NCBI GenBank assembly: GCA_040308005.1
Contig: JAWRIG010000024.1
Coordinates: 1,429 to 65,428 of the forward strand
Length of the DNA stretch: 64,000 nucleotides
Origin: Anaerovoracaceae bacterium
GTDB taxonomy: Bacteria; Bacillota; Clostridia; Peptostreptococcales; Anaerovoracaceae
Reading direction: 5' to 3'
The notes below the pieces were generated by a model. It was not told the DNA's origin. It ran no database searches and saw only the letters and a program-made list of their open reading frames with translations. The translations under genes were made by a program, and so were the position numbers. The first letter of the stretch is position 1. Each line of letters opens with the position of its first letter. Positions 49,668 to 58,735 of the stretch are shown here, one piece after another.

Positions 49668-50729
49668 ATGGCTGATGCTGCAAAGATGGAATTGAAAGCT
49701 GAGATCAGGGAACTGACTGACAAGTATGCCAGGCTGGAGCCTGTTGTTGACAAGATAATTAAGGACATATTTCCGCGCAGGAACTATCCTATGCTGCATA
49801 TCACGCACAGGCTCAAGACACAGAAGTCGATCATGGGCAAACTCGAGCGGAGAGCGGATGAATATTCGAGCATATACGAGATGAATGACATCCTCGGCTT
49901 TCGCGTCATCTGCTATTTCCCGGAAGACATTGACCTGATAGGTGACATGATCTGCGACAACTTCCGCATCGACAACAGCATGACCCATGACAAGCGCGCG
50001 CTTATAGCCCCGACATCATTCGGATACCTGTCGCTGCACTACACCTGCGCTTTGCCCGAAGACAAGGGATACTCTGAAGAGCTGTGCGGTCTGTGGTTCG
50101 AGGTCCAGATCAGGACAATACTCCAGCACGCCTGGGCGGAGATCGAGCATGATCTCGGGTACAAAACCGAATTCGGCATTCCGAGGGCTATCCGCAGGAA
50201 GTTCTCAAGGGCCGCGAGCCTGCTCGAGACGGCTGACTTTCTGTTCGAAGAGATACGAAACGATACGGCGGAATATACTGCGCATGTCAAGAAGATGATC
50301 GAAAACGACAGCGCCGATGACATGTTCCTCGATAACATCACTATCAGGGAATTCACAGAGAGGAGCCATGCTTATCTGAGCCTCCTCGGCGATATCGCAG
50401 GCATAACGGGCGCTGATATCATACCAGCGGACCCGGAAGGGCAGCTGCCTATGCTTGATTTCCTTGGAGTCAGGACTCTCGGGGATCTCGTCAGCATGAT
50501 TGGCAGGAACCATGAGCTTGCTGTCAGCCTGGCCGAAGAGATACTTAAGGGTTCGGAAATCGACGAATTGGCATCTACGGCTGCATTCTACTATCTGTAC
50601 AGGGCCGAGCTGATCAGCGGCAGTTACAGCAGAGAGAGGATAGGAGAATTCTTCGCGCTGATGACTGATGATCAAGGCAGGATAGAGAGAAATACAGAGA
50701 GCGTAATGAGCAGGCGAACGAAACATTAA
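49668..50729 (+). CDS. Stand-alone RelA/SpoT-domain protein ((p)ppGpp-synthetase-like nucleotidyltransferase) with a C-terminal helical domain of about 170 aa and unknown function
   Basis: The synthetase motifs are HRLKTQKSIMGKLERR, DILGFRVICYF and WFEVQIRTILQHAWAEIEHDLGYK. There is no HD hydrolase, TGS or ACT domain. RBS GAGGTG lies 6 nt before the ATG at 49668. The ISL3 end is only 28 nt upstream. Confidence 0.85.
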   Translation: MADAAKMELKAEIRELTDKYARLEPVVDKIIKDIFPRRNYPMLHITHRLKTQKSIMGKLERRADEYSSIYEMNDILGFRVICYFPEDIDLIGDMICDNFRIDNSMTHDKRALIAPTSFGYLSLHYTCALPEDKGYSEELCGLWFEVQIRTILQHAWAEIEHDLGYKTEFGIPRAIRRKFSRAASLLETADFLFEEIRNDTAEYTAHVKKMIENDSADDMFLDNITIREFTERSHAYLSLLGDIAGITGADIIPADPEGQLPMLDFLGVRTLGDLVSMIGRNHELAVSLAEEILKGSEIDELASTAAFYYLYRAELISGSYSRERIGEFFALMTDDQGRIERNTESVMSRRTKH

Positions 50730-50768
50730 GCGAAAAGTTTCGGAAACGTTTCGTTGACGATAATACTG

Positions 50769-50826
50769 TCTGCGGACACAAGCGTTGGAATTGCTGAGGT
50801 CCGCAGGCTTTTTCTTTGCGCCGATT
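50769..50826 (+). terminator. Intrinsic terminator after the RelA/SpoT-domain gene
   Basis: TCTGCGGAC (50769-50777) pairs with GTCCGCAG (50809-50816), followed by GCTTTTTCTTT. Confidence 0.65.
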
Positions 50827-50909
50827 TCAGGGTCTGAAAAGTTTCGCTTTTGTTCGGGAAATAGTTCATCAACAAGGAAGATATTGTGGATTTTGCCTGT
50901 CGTTAGCTA

Positions 50910-50938
50910 TTGCTAACCACAACATATAGATATAAAAT
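50910..50938 (+). promoter_or_regulatory. Candidate sigma-A promoter of the 1847-aa adhesin gene, overlapped by the palindrome GTTAGC-TATT-GCTAAC
   Basis: TTGCTA (50910-50915), a 17-nt spacer, then TAAAAT (50933-50938). The perfect inverted repeat GTTAGCTATTGCTAAC (50902-50917) covers the -35. Confidence 0.4.
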
Positions 50939-50983
50939 AATACAGATTATAATCGCACATACTATATCGATTGGGGGATTCTT

Positions 50984-53900
50984 ATGGATCACAGACATCT
51001 TAGAAGAACTATATTATGCATGGTGCTCGCTTTTGCGATGACCTTTGCTCCTATATTCAGCAGCTATTCCTTCATTTCCATTGCTCTTGGAAGTGAGGAA
51101 ACGAAAGCCGCTGAGGAGCAGGCTGCAGCGAATGAGGAAGGTCAGCCGGCAGCAGAAGGCCAGCAGGAAGAATCGGCCAAGGGCACAGATGAGGCAGATG
51201 ATAATGCCGAAGCAGGTGAAACAGCCGGAAGCGAGACTGCTGAGACCGCTGATCAGGATGCGGGCAAAACGACTGAGCCTGAGTCTGCAGGTAATGAGCA
51301 GGCGGCAGGGGACACTTCGGGCTTGCCGGCAGATGATGCTGCAAAGCCGAAGACAGAAGAGCCTGCAGAGCCGGAGACTGCTGCCGTGCCTGAAGAAACA
51401 GAAGCAGAAGAGCCTGCCAACGTCAGGACCACATACACCTGGGAGAACACCAAGATGAAAGTCACTGCTGTTCTTGCAGATGCAAATGCAGTCCCTGATG
51501 ATGCAGAGCTTGTAGTCACAATGCTTGACTCAGAGACAGACGGCTACAACTATTCAGCATACATGGAAGCGCTGAAAACACAGGATGCGAACTACACCGA
51601 AGACAACACGATCCTGTATGACGTAGCTATCATCAAAGACGGCAAAGAGATCGAGCCTGAAGAGGGCAAAGTCTCTGTTACTTTTGAGTTCCTTGATTCG
51701 CAGCTCGCCAAGGAAATAGGAGCAGCCAAAGCAGCAGACGTAAGCGTGATCCACCTCCCGCTCAATGAAGATATACGCAATAAATATGACACAACCGCAG
51801 ACGCAGAAGACATTAAGGCAGAAGACATCCGCGTAGAAGAGATCACCGCCAAGGACAACGACCTTAAAGTCAGCGTCAGGAATGAGAAGGTAGTATTCGA
51901 CACAGAGAGCTTCTCAGTAGTAGCCCTTGCAGCACCACTCGCAGCACCGCTGAAGGCAGAAGGCGCTAACAGCAATGCCGATCTGACAAATTTTGTCGTT
52001 AAGGCAGACGTTTCAGCTACCAAGAATGATGAAGGGGAATACGTAATCAGGCCTGGAACAACGTATTCCATTGCATTAACATTCAGTGAGAGAATGGATT
52101 TTCAGTTCCCGAATGACGGAACTGAAATGTTTTATAAATTACCTGAAGGATTTATTGCAGCAGCAGGTGCACAGGATACATTCGTAATCAAAGTTAATGA
52201 TCAGGGAACATACTACACAATCGACGGGAACACTTACCAGGTTGTAAATGATGAGGATGGAAATAATGTTATAAAAGTTAATTTCAACACCCAACACAAA
52301 GATTTTGACAAGCTGGCTGCAGCTGCTAACTTAAGCTTCACTCTTGACTTTGCTGGTGAGTTTACCGGTAGCAAAACAGAGATAAAATTCTCTGATAAAG
52401 TTGAAGTGGATTTTCAAAAAGATGAATCAAGCAAGCTTCAGGCAACTAAAAAGGTTACAAATGAAAATACATATCGGCAGGATGGGTATATCGAATATAC
52501 AATTGAAGTAAAATCAATTGGTAATAATACTAACGTTACAGTCACAGACTCGATGGATAATTATAATGGGGCTATTGTTCTGAATGCGACTCCGATTGAA
52601 ATTAAATCCATCAAAAATGGAGTTACTACTGACGTTATGGATTATAGCGTTGTGCCTGGCGCATTGCCTGGTGATAACTATTCCAGACTTACAATTAATA
52701 AACCTATGGAGGACGGTGAAGTTCTGAGAATAAAGTATAGAGCGGTTATTAATCCAGATCGCATAGAAAAGAATAAAGGTAAGGTTATTCTTACTCCGGA
52801 AAACAGTATCACTGTTAAAAGTGACGAGGTTGATAGGATAACACCACCTTCAGTTAAAACAACTATCGATTATTCTCCATCTCTCACAAAAACCAATGGT
52901 GTTCTGGCAGAAGATGGGAAGACTCTTAACTGGACGATTACATTTGACTCTACGAATAAGGTTCCGATGACAGATAGCGTTATAACTGACACAATTCGTG
53001 CTGCATCACGGAATTATATGAAGTTCTCCGGCACAGGCGTTACAGTTCGTGTTCAGGATGCTGAAGGCAATGATGTGAGACCTGCAGAGAAGATTCCGTG
53101 GAACGAACTTACATCTCATGACGATTATTCATGGGCTTATACAATTAAAGACACAGAAGCCTACAAATATACCTTTACTTATACAACAGAAGTCGACAGG
53201 GACAGAATTTATACTACAACAGAATTATATAACGATGTTGATGTTGACGGAGGTGGCAAGAAAACCGGACACCGTGGAATCGGTCCTTGGACACCCGATT
53301 ATGAGCTGAAAGTTGAAAAGCACCCTATAAAAGTGGATCTTAACAGTGATCCAAAGAAGATTTCATGGGATGTTACGATCACTGTTCCAAAAGATGGACT
53401 TGAAAAAGCATATGTAACAGACACATACCCGCATACTAAAATCAACGGTCAAAATATATATGAGCCTGTTGATATTGATTCGATTAAAGTTATCGGCTTA
53501 AAAGATAAAGAAACATGGAAGGCAGTTGATAATCCTTCTAGCGGGAAATTAACGATCAATTTCTATTACGAAAATGATGAAGGCCAAATAGTTCACGGTC
53601 TTCTTCCATCTGGAACAGGTAAACAGCGCACTATTACCGTGACGATGGATACTGCACTTAATCAGAAATGGCTGGATGAAAGCAAAGCAAATATATCTAT
53701 TGCAAGCCACCAGAATTCAATAGATGTTGATGGTGTTGGTGATCGTAACTCTGTAGTTGTGCTGGAGCCGGGAGTAGAAAAGACGGTTGAACAAGTAGGA
53801 ACCAGGATGACTGAAAAAGGAATCGAGGTTCCGATATACAGGTACGTAGTTTCCTTGAGCCATGTTACATCAGAAGAGAATACTCTTCAGGACGTTTACG

Positions 53901-56527
53901 ATGCAACCAATATGAGGACATATGATCCTGATCCGGAAAGTGATGCATGGTATAAAAAAGATGCATGGCATGTGTATGGCATGGATATACATGAGAAAAA
54001 AGTAGACGGAGGAGAATTCACGCATAAGGAAGATACTCCTGGAACACTGGATTTCAGCACGACAACACTCCCGCGAGATGCATCAAGTTATGATGAGTTC
54101 TATGCTAAATATCTGTTCGTATACTACCTTACTGTAAGGGACGATATGGCAGAAGCAATAAATGATAATGCAATCAAAACTGGAAGCGTCATACTGCACA
54201 ACGAAGTAAAATGGGGAGAGTATACAACCAATAAGGATGTTGAATATGAGTATGATGGTGTTTCTAAAGAACTTCTTACTTCAAAAGATGAATTGAGTAA
54301 ATCGGATGAGGATATCTGGGCTGAATTTAAGATCGTTGCTAATCCGCTCGGAAAGACTCTGAATAATGGTGATCCGATTCCTCTCATTGATACGGCTCAT
54401 AACCTCAGAATTGATGTAGATTCGATCAAGATTAATGGACAGAAAACAGGTCATGGTGTCAGCATTGATTATAATGAGCAGACTAATGTTACGACATATA
54501 CCATTCCGGATAATCAGCGGATAGAAATCACCTACAGAGCAATGGTCATATACTCTAAAACAGGGAATAAAGGCCAGACCATTGATGTAGAGTTTGATAA
54601 TAAAGTCGACATGCTGACATATAAAGATGATACATTCGATGTCTCTCATCGCAAAAACACCGGTGTAGGAGTTGCTTCGATCCCTGCAATCAACCTCCTT
54701 AAATATGAAGCAGGCGATATTACAAAGAAGATAAAAGGTGCAAAGTTTAAACTGTACAAGGGAGATTCCAAAATACCTGTAAAAGACAAGAGCCAGAATG
54801 AGCTTGAATTCACAACAGATGAGGAGGGCGAGATTCATATAAAGGGCGACATGGAACAATATGGCTGGGCTCTTGAAGAAAATGCAGTCTACTATCTTCG
54901 CGAGGTCGAGCAGCCTGGCGGATACTATTTGGCAAACCATGATTTTGAATTCAGGGTATCGGCTGATGGATCCGCAGACTACATCAGACACATATATCAC
55001 ACAAATGACCTGATAAATGCTAAGAACTATCCGGTAAAAAAAGTCGAAGCTGAAAAGCTATGGACAGATGGCAATGACAAGCATGATGGTGAGACCGTCA
55101 CAGTTAAACTTCAGCAGAAAATCGGAACAGAAGGGGAGTGGTCAGACACAATAAGAATCATGAACCCAGATCCGGAATCGAATCGTGAATGGATGGATTA
55201 TCAGGTTGATGATGGTGTTACATTAACTCTTGACAGCAATAATGAATGGAAAGGAACATTCTCTATTGAGAACAATTCAGATTTCCCTGCTATCGTACCA
55301 ACCGGTGACAATTTTGATGGTGAGGATGCCAAGGCAGAGTACCGGATTGTCGAGACTGAGGTCAATGGTGTTTCTGTTGATCAGATTCCTGTTCTCGGCA
55401 CTGTAGCTATCGAGGGCGGTTATGATGCTAATGAAGGGAAATACATTTACACCGCGAAGAACCTTCATTACCAGCCTATAGAAGTGAAATTTGAGGCTGA
55501 GAAGCTGTTCGAGAATGGTGATCTTGATGAGCAGGAGTTCACTTACTCAGTCTACAAGATCAACACAAAAGAAGATGGCACTGAGACTCGTGAACTGCTT
55601 GAGGTAAAAGGCAGTACTAATAGCAATTCTGTTGATCCTGCACCTAAGGCTATCGCTGATGCTGCTAAGAACGCAGCCGATGCTGCACAGTCAGATGGCA
55701 GCGAACCTCAGGCCAAGCAGATCAGACAGCAAGGTGACGTTTACTTCTCACCGATCACATACACACTCGAGGATCTGCGTATAGGTGAAACGGATAAGTT
55801 TGCTACGCGCAAACAATTCGAATATGTCATTGTTGAGGATGTGCCGGACACTGCAGACGAGAACGGTTATGACAGCGAAAACGACATCCGCTACGACAAG
55901 GGCGAGAAACGTGTCTTAGTTACTGTTACACGCACTAAGGACGATGATGGCTATACTATACTTGAAGCCCATGTCGTTTATCCAGACGAAGGCATGCAGT
56001 TCAAGAATACCAAGGAGTATACGAACCTGTATCTGACCAAGTCCATCGACCAGTTCATCGGCGAGGATACTGATGAGGAATACGTCAACTCTACCGTTGT
56101 ATTCAGGATCACCTATGATGACCCTGTAACTGGAGAGACGGGCAAGACAAGAGAGGTCAGCGTACAGTTCGACAAGGACAATGTTGCGGCCCAGACTGTC
56201 GAGATAGAAAAGATACCGTTCGCTCGGTCAGTGGATAACTACAAAGTGGAAGTCAAGGAGATATACAGCAGTAACTACGCTCCTGGCACAACTGTCGAGG
56301 CAGTCAGAGACACAGATGAAAACGGTCGCTCAATCTGGAAGGTATCTATCGACAACACCAAGTCAAGGAATGAAACAGGAAGCGGCGTTATCAACAAGAT
56401 AACCAAGGACGGCAACAACTATAAGATCAATGACCGCCAGTTCAAGCCGGGCGAAGAGCCTCAGCCTGCAGAGGGCGGAGATGATGAACCCGTCGAACCT
56501 GTAGTCATTGAGCCTGAAGTACGTTAG
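50984..56527 (+). CDS. Giant secreted adhesin-like protein, 1847 aa, without a sorting signal; first gene of cassette copy B
   Basis: N-terminal leader ILCMVLAFAMTFAPIFSSYSF and an acidic Glu/Ala/Pro-rich region. The stalk module is shared with the other giants (ILYDVAIIKDGKEIEPEEGKVSVTFEF...VIHLP...FDTESFSVVAL). SpaA/Cna-B-like modules are present (GAKFKLYKGD...YYLREVEQPGGY, AEKLWTDGNDKHDGETVTVKLQQ). The C-terminal module LYLTKSIDQF...KEIYSSNYAP is homologous to the C-terminus of the 514-aa protein. The protein ends in a Pro/Glu-rich tail with no LPxTG or TM segment. Confidence 0.85.
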   Translation: MDHRHLRRTILCMVLAFAMTFAPIFSSYSFISIALGSEETKAAEEQAAANEEGQPAAEGQQEESAKGTDEADDNAEAGETAGSETAETADQDAGKTTEPESAGNEQAAGDTSGLPADDAAKPKTEEPAEPETAAVPEETEAEEPANVRTTYTWENTKMKVTAVLADANAVPDDAELVVTMLDSETDGYNYSAYMEALKTQDANYTEDNTILYDVAIIKDGKEIEPEEGKVSVTFEFLDSQLAKEIGAAKAADVSVIHLPLNEDIRNKYDTTADAEDIKAEDIRVEEITAKDNDLKVSVRNEKVVFDTESFSVVALAAPLAAPLKAEGANSNADLTNFVVKADVSATKNDEGEYVIRPGTTYSIALTFSERMDFQFPNDGTEMFYKLPEGFIAAAGAQDTFVIKVNDQGTYYTIDGNTYQVVNDEDGNNVIKVNFNTQHKDFDKLAAAANLSFTLDFAGEFTGSKTEIKFSDKVEVDFQKDESSKLQATKKVTNENTYRQDGYIEYTIEVKSIGNNTNVTVTDSMDNYNGAIVLNATPIEIKSIKNGVTTDVMDYSVVPGALPGDNYSRLTINKPMEDGEVLRIKYRAVINPDRIEKNKGKVILTPENSITVKSDEVDRITPPSVKTTIDYSPSLTKTNGVLAEDGKTLNWTITFDSTNKVPMTDSVITDTIRAASRNYMKFSGTGVTVRVQDAEGNDVRPAEKIPWNELTSHDDYSWAYTIKDTEAYKYTFTYTTEVDRDRIYTTTELYNDVDVDGGGKKTGHRGIGPWTPDYELKVEKHPIKVDLNSDPKKISWDVTITVPKDGLEKAYVTDTYPHTKINGQNIYEPVDIDSIKVIGLKDKETWKAVDNPSSGKLTINFYYENDEGQIVHGLLPSGTGKQRTITVTMDTALNQKWLDESKANISIASHQNSIDVDGVGDRNSVVVLEPGVEKTVEQVGTRMTEKGIEVPIYRYVVSLSHVTSEENTLQDVYDATNMRTYDPDPESDAWYKKDAWHVYGMDIHEKKVDGGEFTHKEDTPGTLDFSTTTLPRDASSYDEFYAKYLFVYYLTVRDDMAEAINDNAIKTGSVILHNEVKWGEYTTNKDVEYEYDGVSKELLTSKDELSKSDEDIWAEFKIVANPLGKTLNNGDPIPLIDTAHNLRIDVDSIKINGQKTGHGVSIDYNEQTNVTTYTIPDNQRIEITYRAMVIYSKTGNKGQTIDVEFDNKVDMLTYKDDTFDVSHRKNTGVGVASIPAINLLKYEAGDITKKIKGAKFKLYKGDSKIPVKDKSQNELEFTTDEEGEIHIKGDMEQYGWALEENAVYYLREVEQPGGYYLANHDFEFRVSADGSADYIRHIYHTNDLINAKNYPVKKVEAEKLWTDGNDKHDGETVTVKLQQKIGTEGEWSDTIRIMNPDPESNREWMDYQVDDGVTLTLDSNNEWKGTFSIENNSDFPAIVPTGDNFDGEDAKAEYRIVETEVNGVSVDQIPVLGTVAIEGGYDANEGKYIYTAKNLHYQPIEVKFEAEKLFENGDLDEQEFTYSVYKINTKEDGTETRELLEVKGSTNSNSVDPAPKAIADAAKNAADAAQSDGSEPQAKQIRQQGDVYFSPITYTLEDLRIGETDKFATRKQFEYVIVEDVPDTADENGYDSENDIRYDKGEKRVLVTVTRTKDDDGYTILEAHVVYPDEGMQFKNTKEYTNLYLTKSIDQFIGEDTDEEYVNSTVVFRITYDDPVTGETGKTREVSVQFDKDNVAAQTVEIEKIPFARSVDNYKVEVKEIYSSNYAPGTTVEAVRDTDENGRSIWKVSIDNTKSRNETGSGVINKITKDGNNYKINDRQFKPGEEPQPAEGGDDEPVEPVVIEPEVR

Positions 56528-56550
56528 AGACAGGAAAGGAGGACAAAACG

Positions 56551-57090
56551 ATGAAGAAGATCAATAAAGAGATCCTTGCACTGTTCGCTTTGGTACTCAG
56601 CCTGTCGCTGACATTCGGCGTAGTGCTCGGATACTTCAGCGATTTCGAGGAGGCATCCGGCGGAGCATCCATCCATCTCGGAGGCAGGACAGAGATCGAA
56701 GAAGGAAACGATGACGCGAGGAAGGTCATAGTCATAAAGAATACGGGCGAAACCAACATGATCGTACGCGTTGCCATCATGGGAGAAGGCGTCAGATATT
56801 TTGCACAGGGGAACCCGTCATTCGACAGTAAAGACTGGTGGACCTCGGAGGATGACCAGGGTGTTCTGTGGTATTACTACAGGCACATACTTGAGCCGGG
56901 GCAGAATACTTCGAGCATCACAGCCAACATGCAATTCAGCTGGGAAGGCGCTGAAGTACCTGAACACGACTTTGACATTACTGTCGTGCACGAAAGCACG
57001 CAGGCCGTATACGAAGGCACTAAGCTGAAATGCCCTAAGGCATGGGATGCCAGCAGGCTGCCGGATGCAGATGTAAAGGAGGGTGAGTAA
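56551..57090 (+). CDS. Small TasA/camelysin-like protein with a SipW-cognate-type signal peptide (179 aa); paralogue of 28523-29035
   Basis: MKKINKEILALFALVLSLSLTFGVVLGYFSDFEEASGG, GGRTEIEE, VIVIKNTGE and FDITVVHESTQAVY are colinear with the 170-aa protein of copy A. RBS AAAGGAGG. Confidence 0.7.
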   Translation: MKKINKEILALFALVLSLSLTFGVVLGYFSDFEEASGGASIHLGGRTEIEEGNDDARKVIVIKNTGETNMIVRVAIMGEGVRYFAQGNPSFDSKDWWTSEDDQGVLWYYYRHILEPGQNTSSITANMQFSWEGAEVPEHDFDITVVHESTQAVYEGTKLKCPKAWDASRLPDADVKEGE

Positions 57091-57091
57091 T

Positions 57092-57979
57092 ATGAAATTC
57101 AGAAATACGACACTCTCCAGGAGAACACTCGCACTGCTCGCAGCAACAGCACTTCTCTTCGCAGGAGGAGGTTTTGCCGGGACAAGAGCGGCTTTGACCT
57201 ACTTCAGTGAGGACTACACAGCAGCATTCGAGCTCGATCATCTGCACGTTCATCTCATAGAGAACGGCAAAGACGTATGCCATGACAAGAACTCCATGAC
57301 AACAGTTCACAGCCATGACAACGGTGATGCCAAGGATCCAAAATACAGAGGCAACCTGCTTGAGGAATCTCTCGGATATTCCAATCCGGAAGGCGATGAC
57401 TCGCACTACAGCACTAAGGCTGCATACAAACTCGGAACTCCGGGTGAAGCCGAGCCTGGACGTACATATAAGGAAGAAATCAGCGCAAGGAACGGCAGCA
57501 AGGACATCGACCAGTATGTGAGACTGACTATCAGAAAGTACTGGGTCAACAATGCAGGCACTGCCGAAGCATCCAAGAACACCGCGCTGAGCCCTGATCT
57601 TATCAGGCTTAGCTATAACGGCGAGGACTTCAACTCATCAGCATGGGCAGTCAACAAAGACGAGCACAGCGATGAATCGGACACCTATTATCTCAAGACG
57701 AAGCTCGGTGCAGGAAAGGATTCAGCACTCCTCTTCAACGAGCTCACCATCGATGAATCCATCGCTGAAGAAGGCAATATGGATGTCAATGAGTCCGTAA
57801 AGAATGTAGACGGCAGGGAAGTCACGGTATATACGTATACCTACGATTACAACGGCTGCACATTCTACATCGAGGCGGATGTCCAGGCCATCCAGACACA
57901 CAATGTCAACGATGCTATCACAAGCCTGTGGGGCGTCGACAATGTAAGCGCCAGCAACGGCACTGTAACAGTTAAATAG
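57092..57979 (+). CDS. TasA/camelysin-like secreted protein (295 aa); paralogue of 29047-29889
   Basis: LLAATALLFAGGGFAGTRAALTYFSEDYTAAFELDHLHVHLIENGKDVC, VRLTIRKYW and CTFYIEADVQAIQTHNVNDAI are colinear with the copy A protein. RBS AAGGAGGG before the ATG at 57092. Confidence 0.65.
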   Translation: MKFRNTTLSRRTLALLAATALLFAGGGFAGTRAALTYFSEDYTAAFELDHLHVHLIENGKDVCHDKNSMTTVHSHDNGDAKDPKYRGNLLEESLGYSNPEGDDSHYSTKAAYKLGTPGEAEPGRTYKEEISARNGSKDIDQYVRLTIRKYWVNNAGTAEASKNTALSPDLIRLSYNGEDFNSSAWAVNKDEHSDESDTYYLKTKLGAGKDSALLFNELTIDESIAEEGNMDVNESVKNVDGREVTVYTYTYDYNGCTFYIEADVQAIQTHNVNDAITSLWGVDNVSASNGTVTVK

Positions 57980-57990
57980 GAGGTGGGGGA

Positions 57991-58734
57991 ATGAAGACAA
58001 AACGTTTTATGACGATCCTCGCACTGACTATGATTATGGTGCTTGGACTTACGATCAGCGCTTTCGCAGAAAGCGAAGAGGTAACAGGACACTGCTACTT
58101 CAACGGAAAAGAGATAGTATCCGACTTTGACTCGGACGTCGTGGTCAAAACAGTAAGCGGCCTTGAGCCTGGTGACGATGTCACCTTCAAGGTGCAGTTC
58201 GAGAACAGGTACAACGGCCTTACACACTGGTACATGCGTAACGAGGCGCTTGTCACACTCGAAGAGAGCTACGACAGAACTCAGAACGGCGGATACACTT
58301 ACATCCTGACACACGTTGCACCGGACGGCTCAAGACAGGTGCTGTTCGATAACAGCGAGGTCGGCGGAGAGGCAAAGCCGGGCAACATGGAAGGTCTCCA
58401 TCAGGCGACCAACGCTCTTGATGAGTGGTTCTACATCCAGGACCTCAAGAAGGGCCAGTCCGGATACACTGAGCTCTATGTAAAGTTCGACGGTGACTCC
58501 GAAGTCAACGACTACATGGATACAGCAGGTAAGCTGCTCGTAGCGTATGCAGTTGAGCTCGACAAGACCGGAACTACTCACAAGAAGACCGTCAAGACCG
58601 GAGACAGCAGCAATCTGCTGATGTACGTAGCTGTATTGCTGGCAGCACTCCTGATGCTCGTGTTCACTATCATGAGCTACAGGAAAGACCGCAGGGAAGC
58701 ACGTGCAGATCATTACGGAAAGGGGCGTGAATAG
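57991..58734 (+). CDS. TasA-like protein with a C-terminal VKTGD sorting-signal-like anchor (247 aa); paralogue of 29901-30686
   Basis: GLEPGDDVTFKVQFENRYNG.THWYM, NGGYTYILT, ALDEWFYIQDLKK and SEVNDYMDTAGKLLVAYAVEL. The C-terminus is KKTVKTGDSSNLLMYVAVLLAALLMLVFTIMSYRKDRRE. Confidence 0.65.
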   Translation: MKTKRFMTILALTMIMVLGLTISAFAESEEVTGHCYFNGKEIVSDFDSDVVVKTVSGLEPGDDVTFKVQFENRYNGLTHWYMRNEALVTLEESYDRTQNGGYTYILTHVAPDGSRQVLFDNSEVGGEAKPGNMEGLHQATNALDEWFYIQDLKKGQSGYTELYVKFDGDSEVNDYMDTAGKLLVAYAVELDKTGTTHKKTVKTGDSSNLLMYVAVLLAALLMLVFTIMSYRKDRREARADHYGKGRE

Positions 58735-58735
58735 C

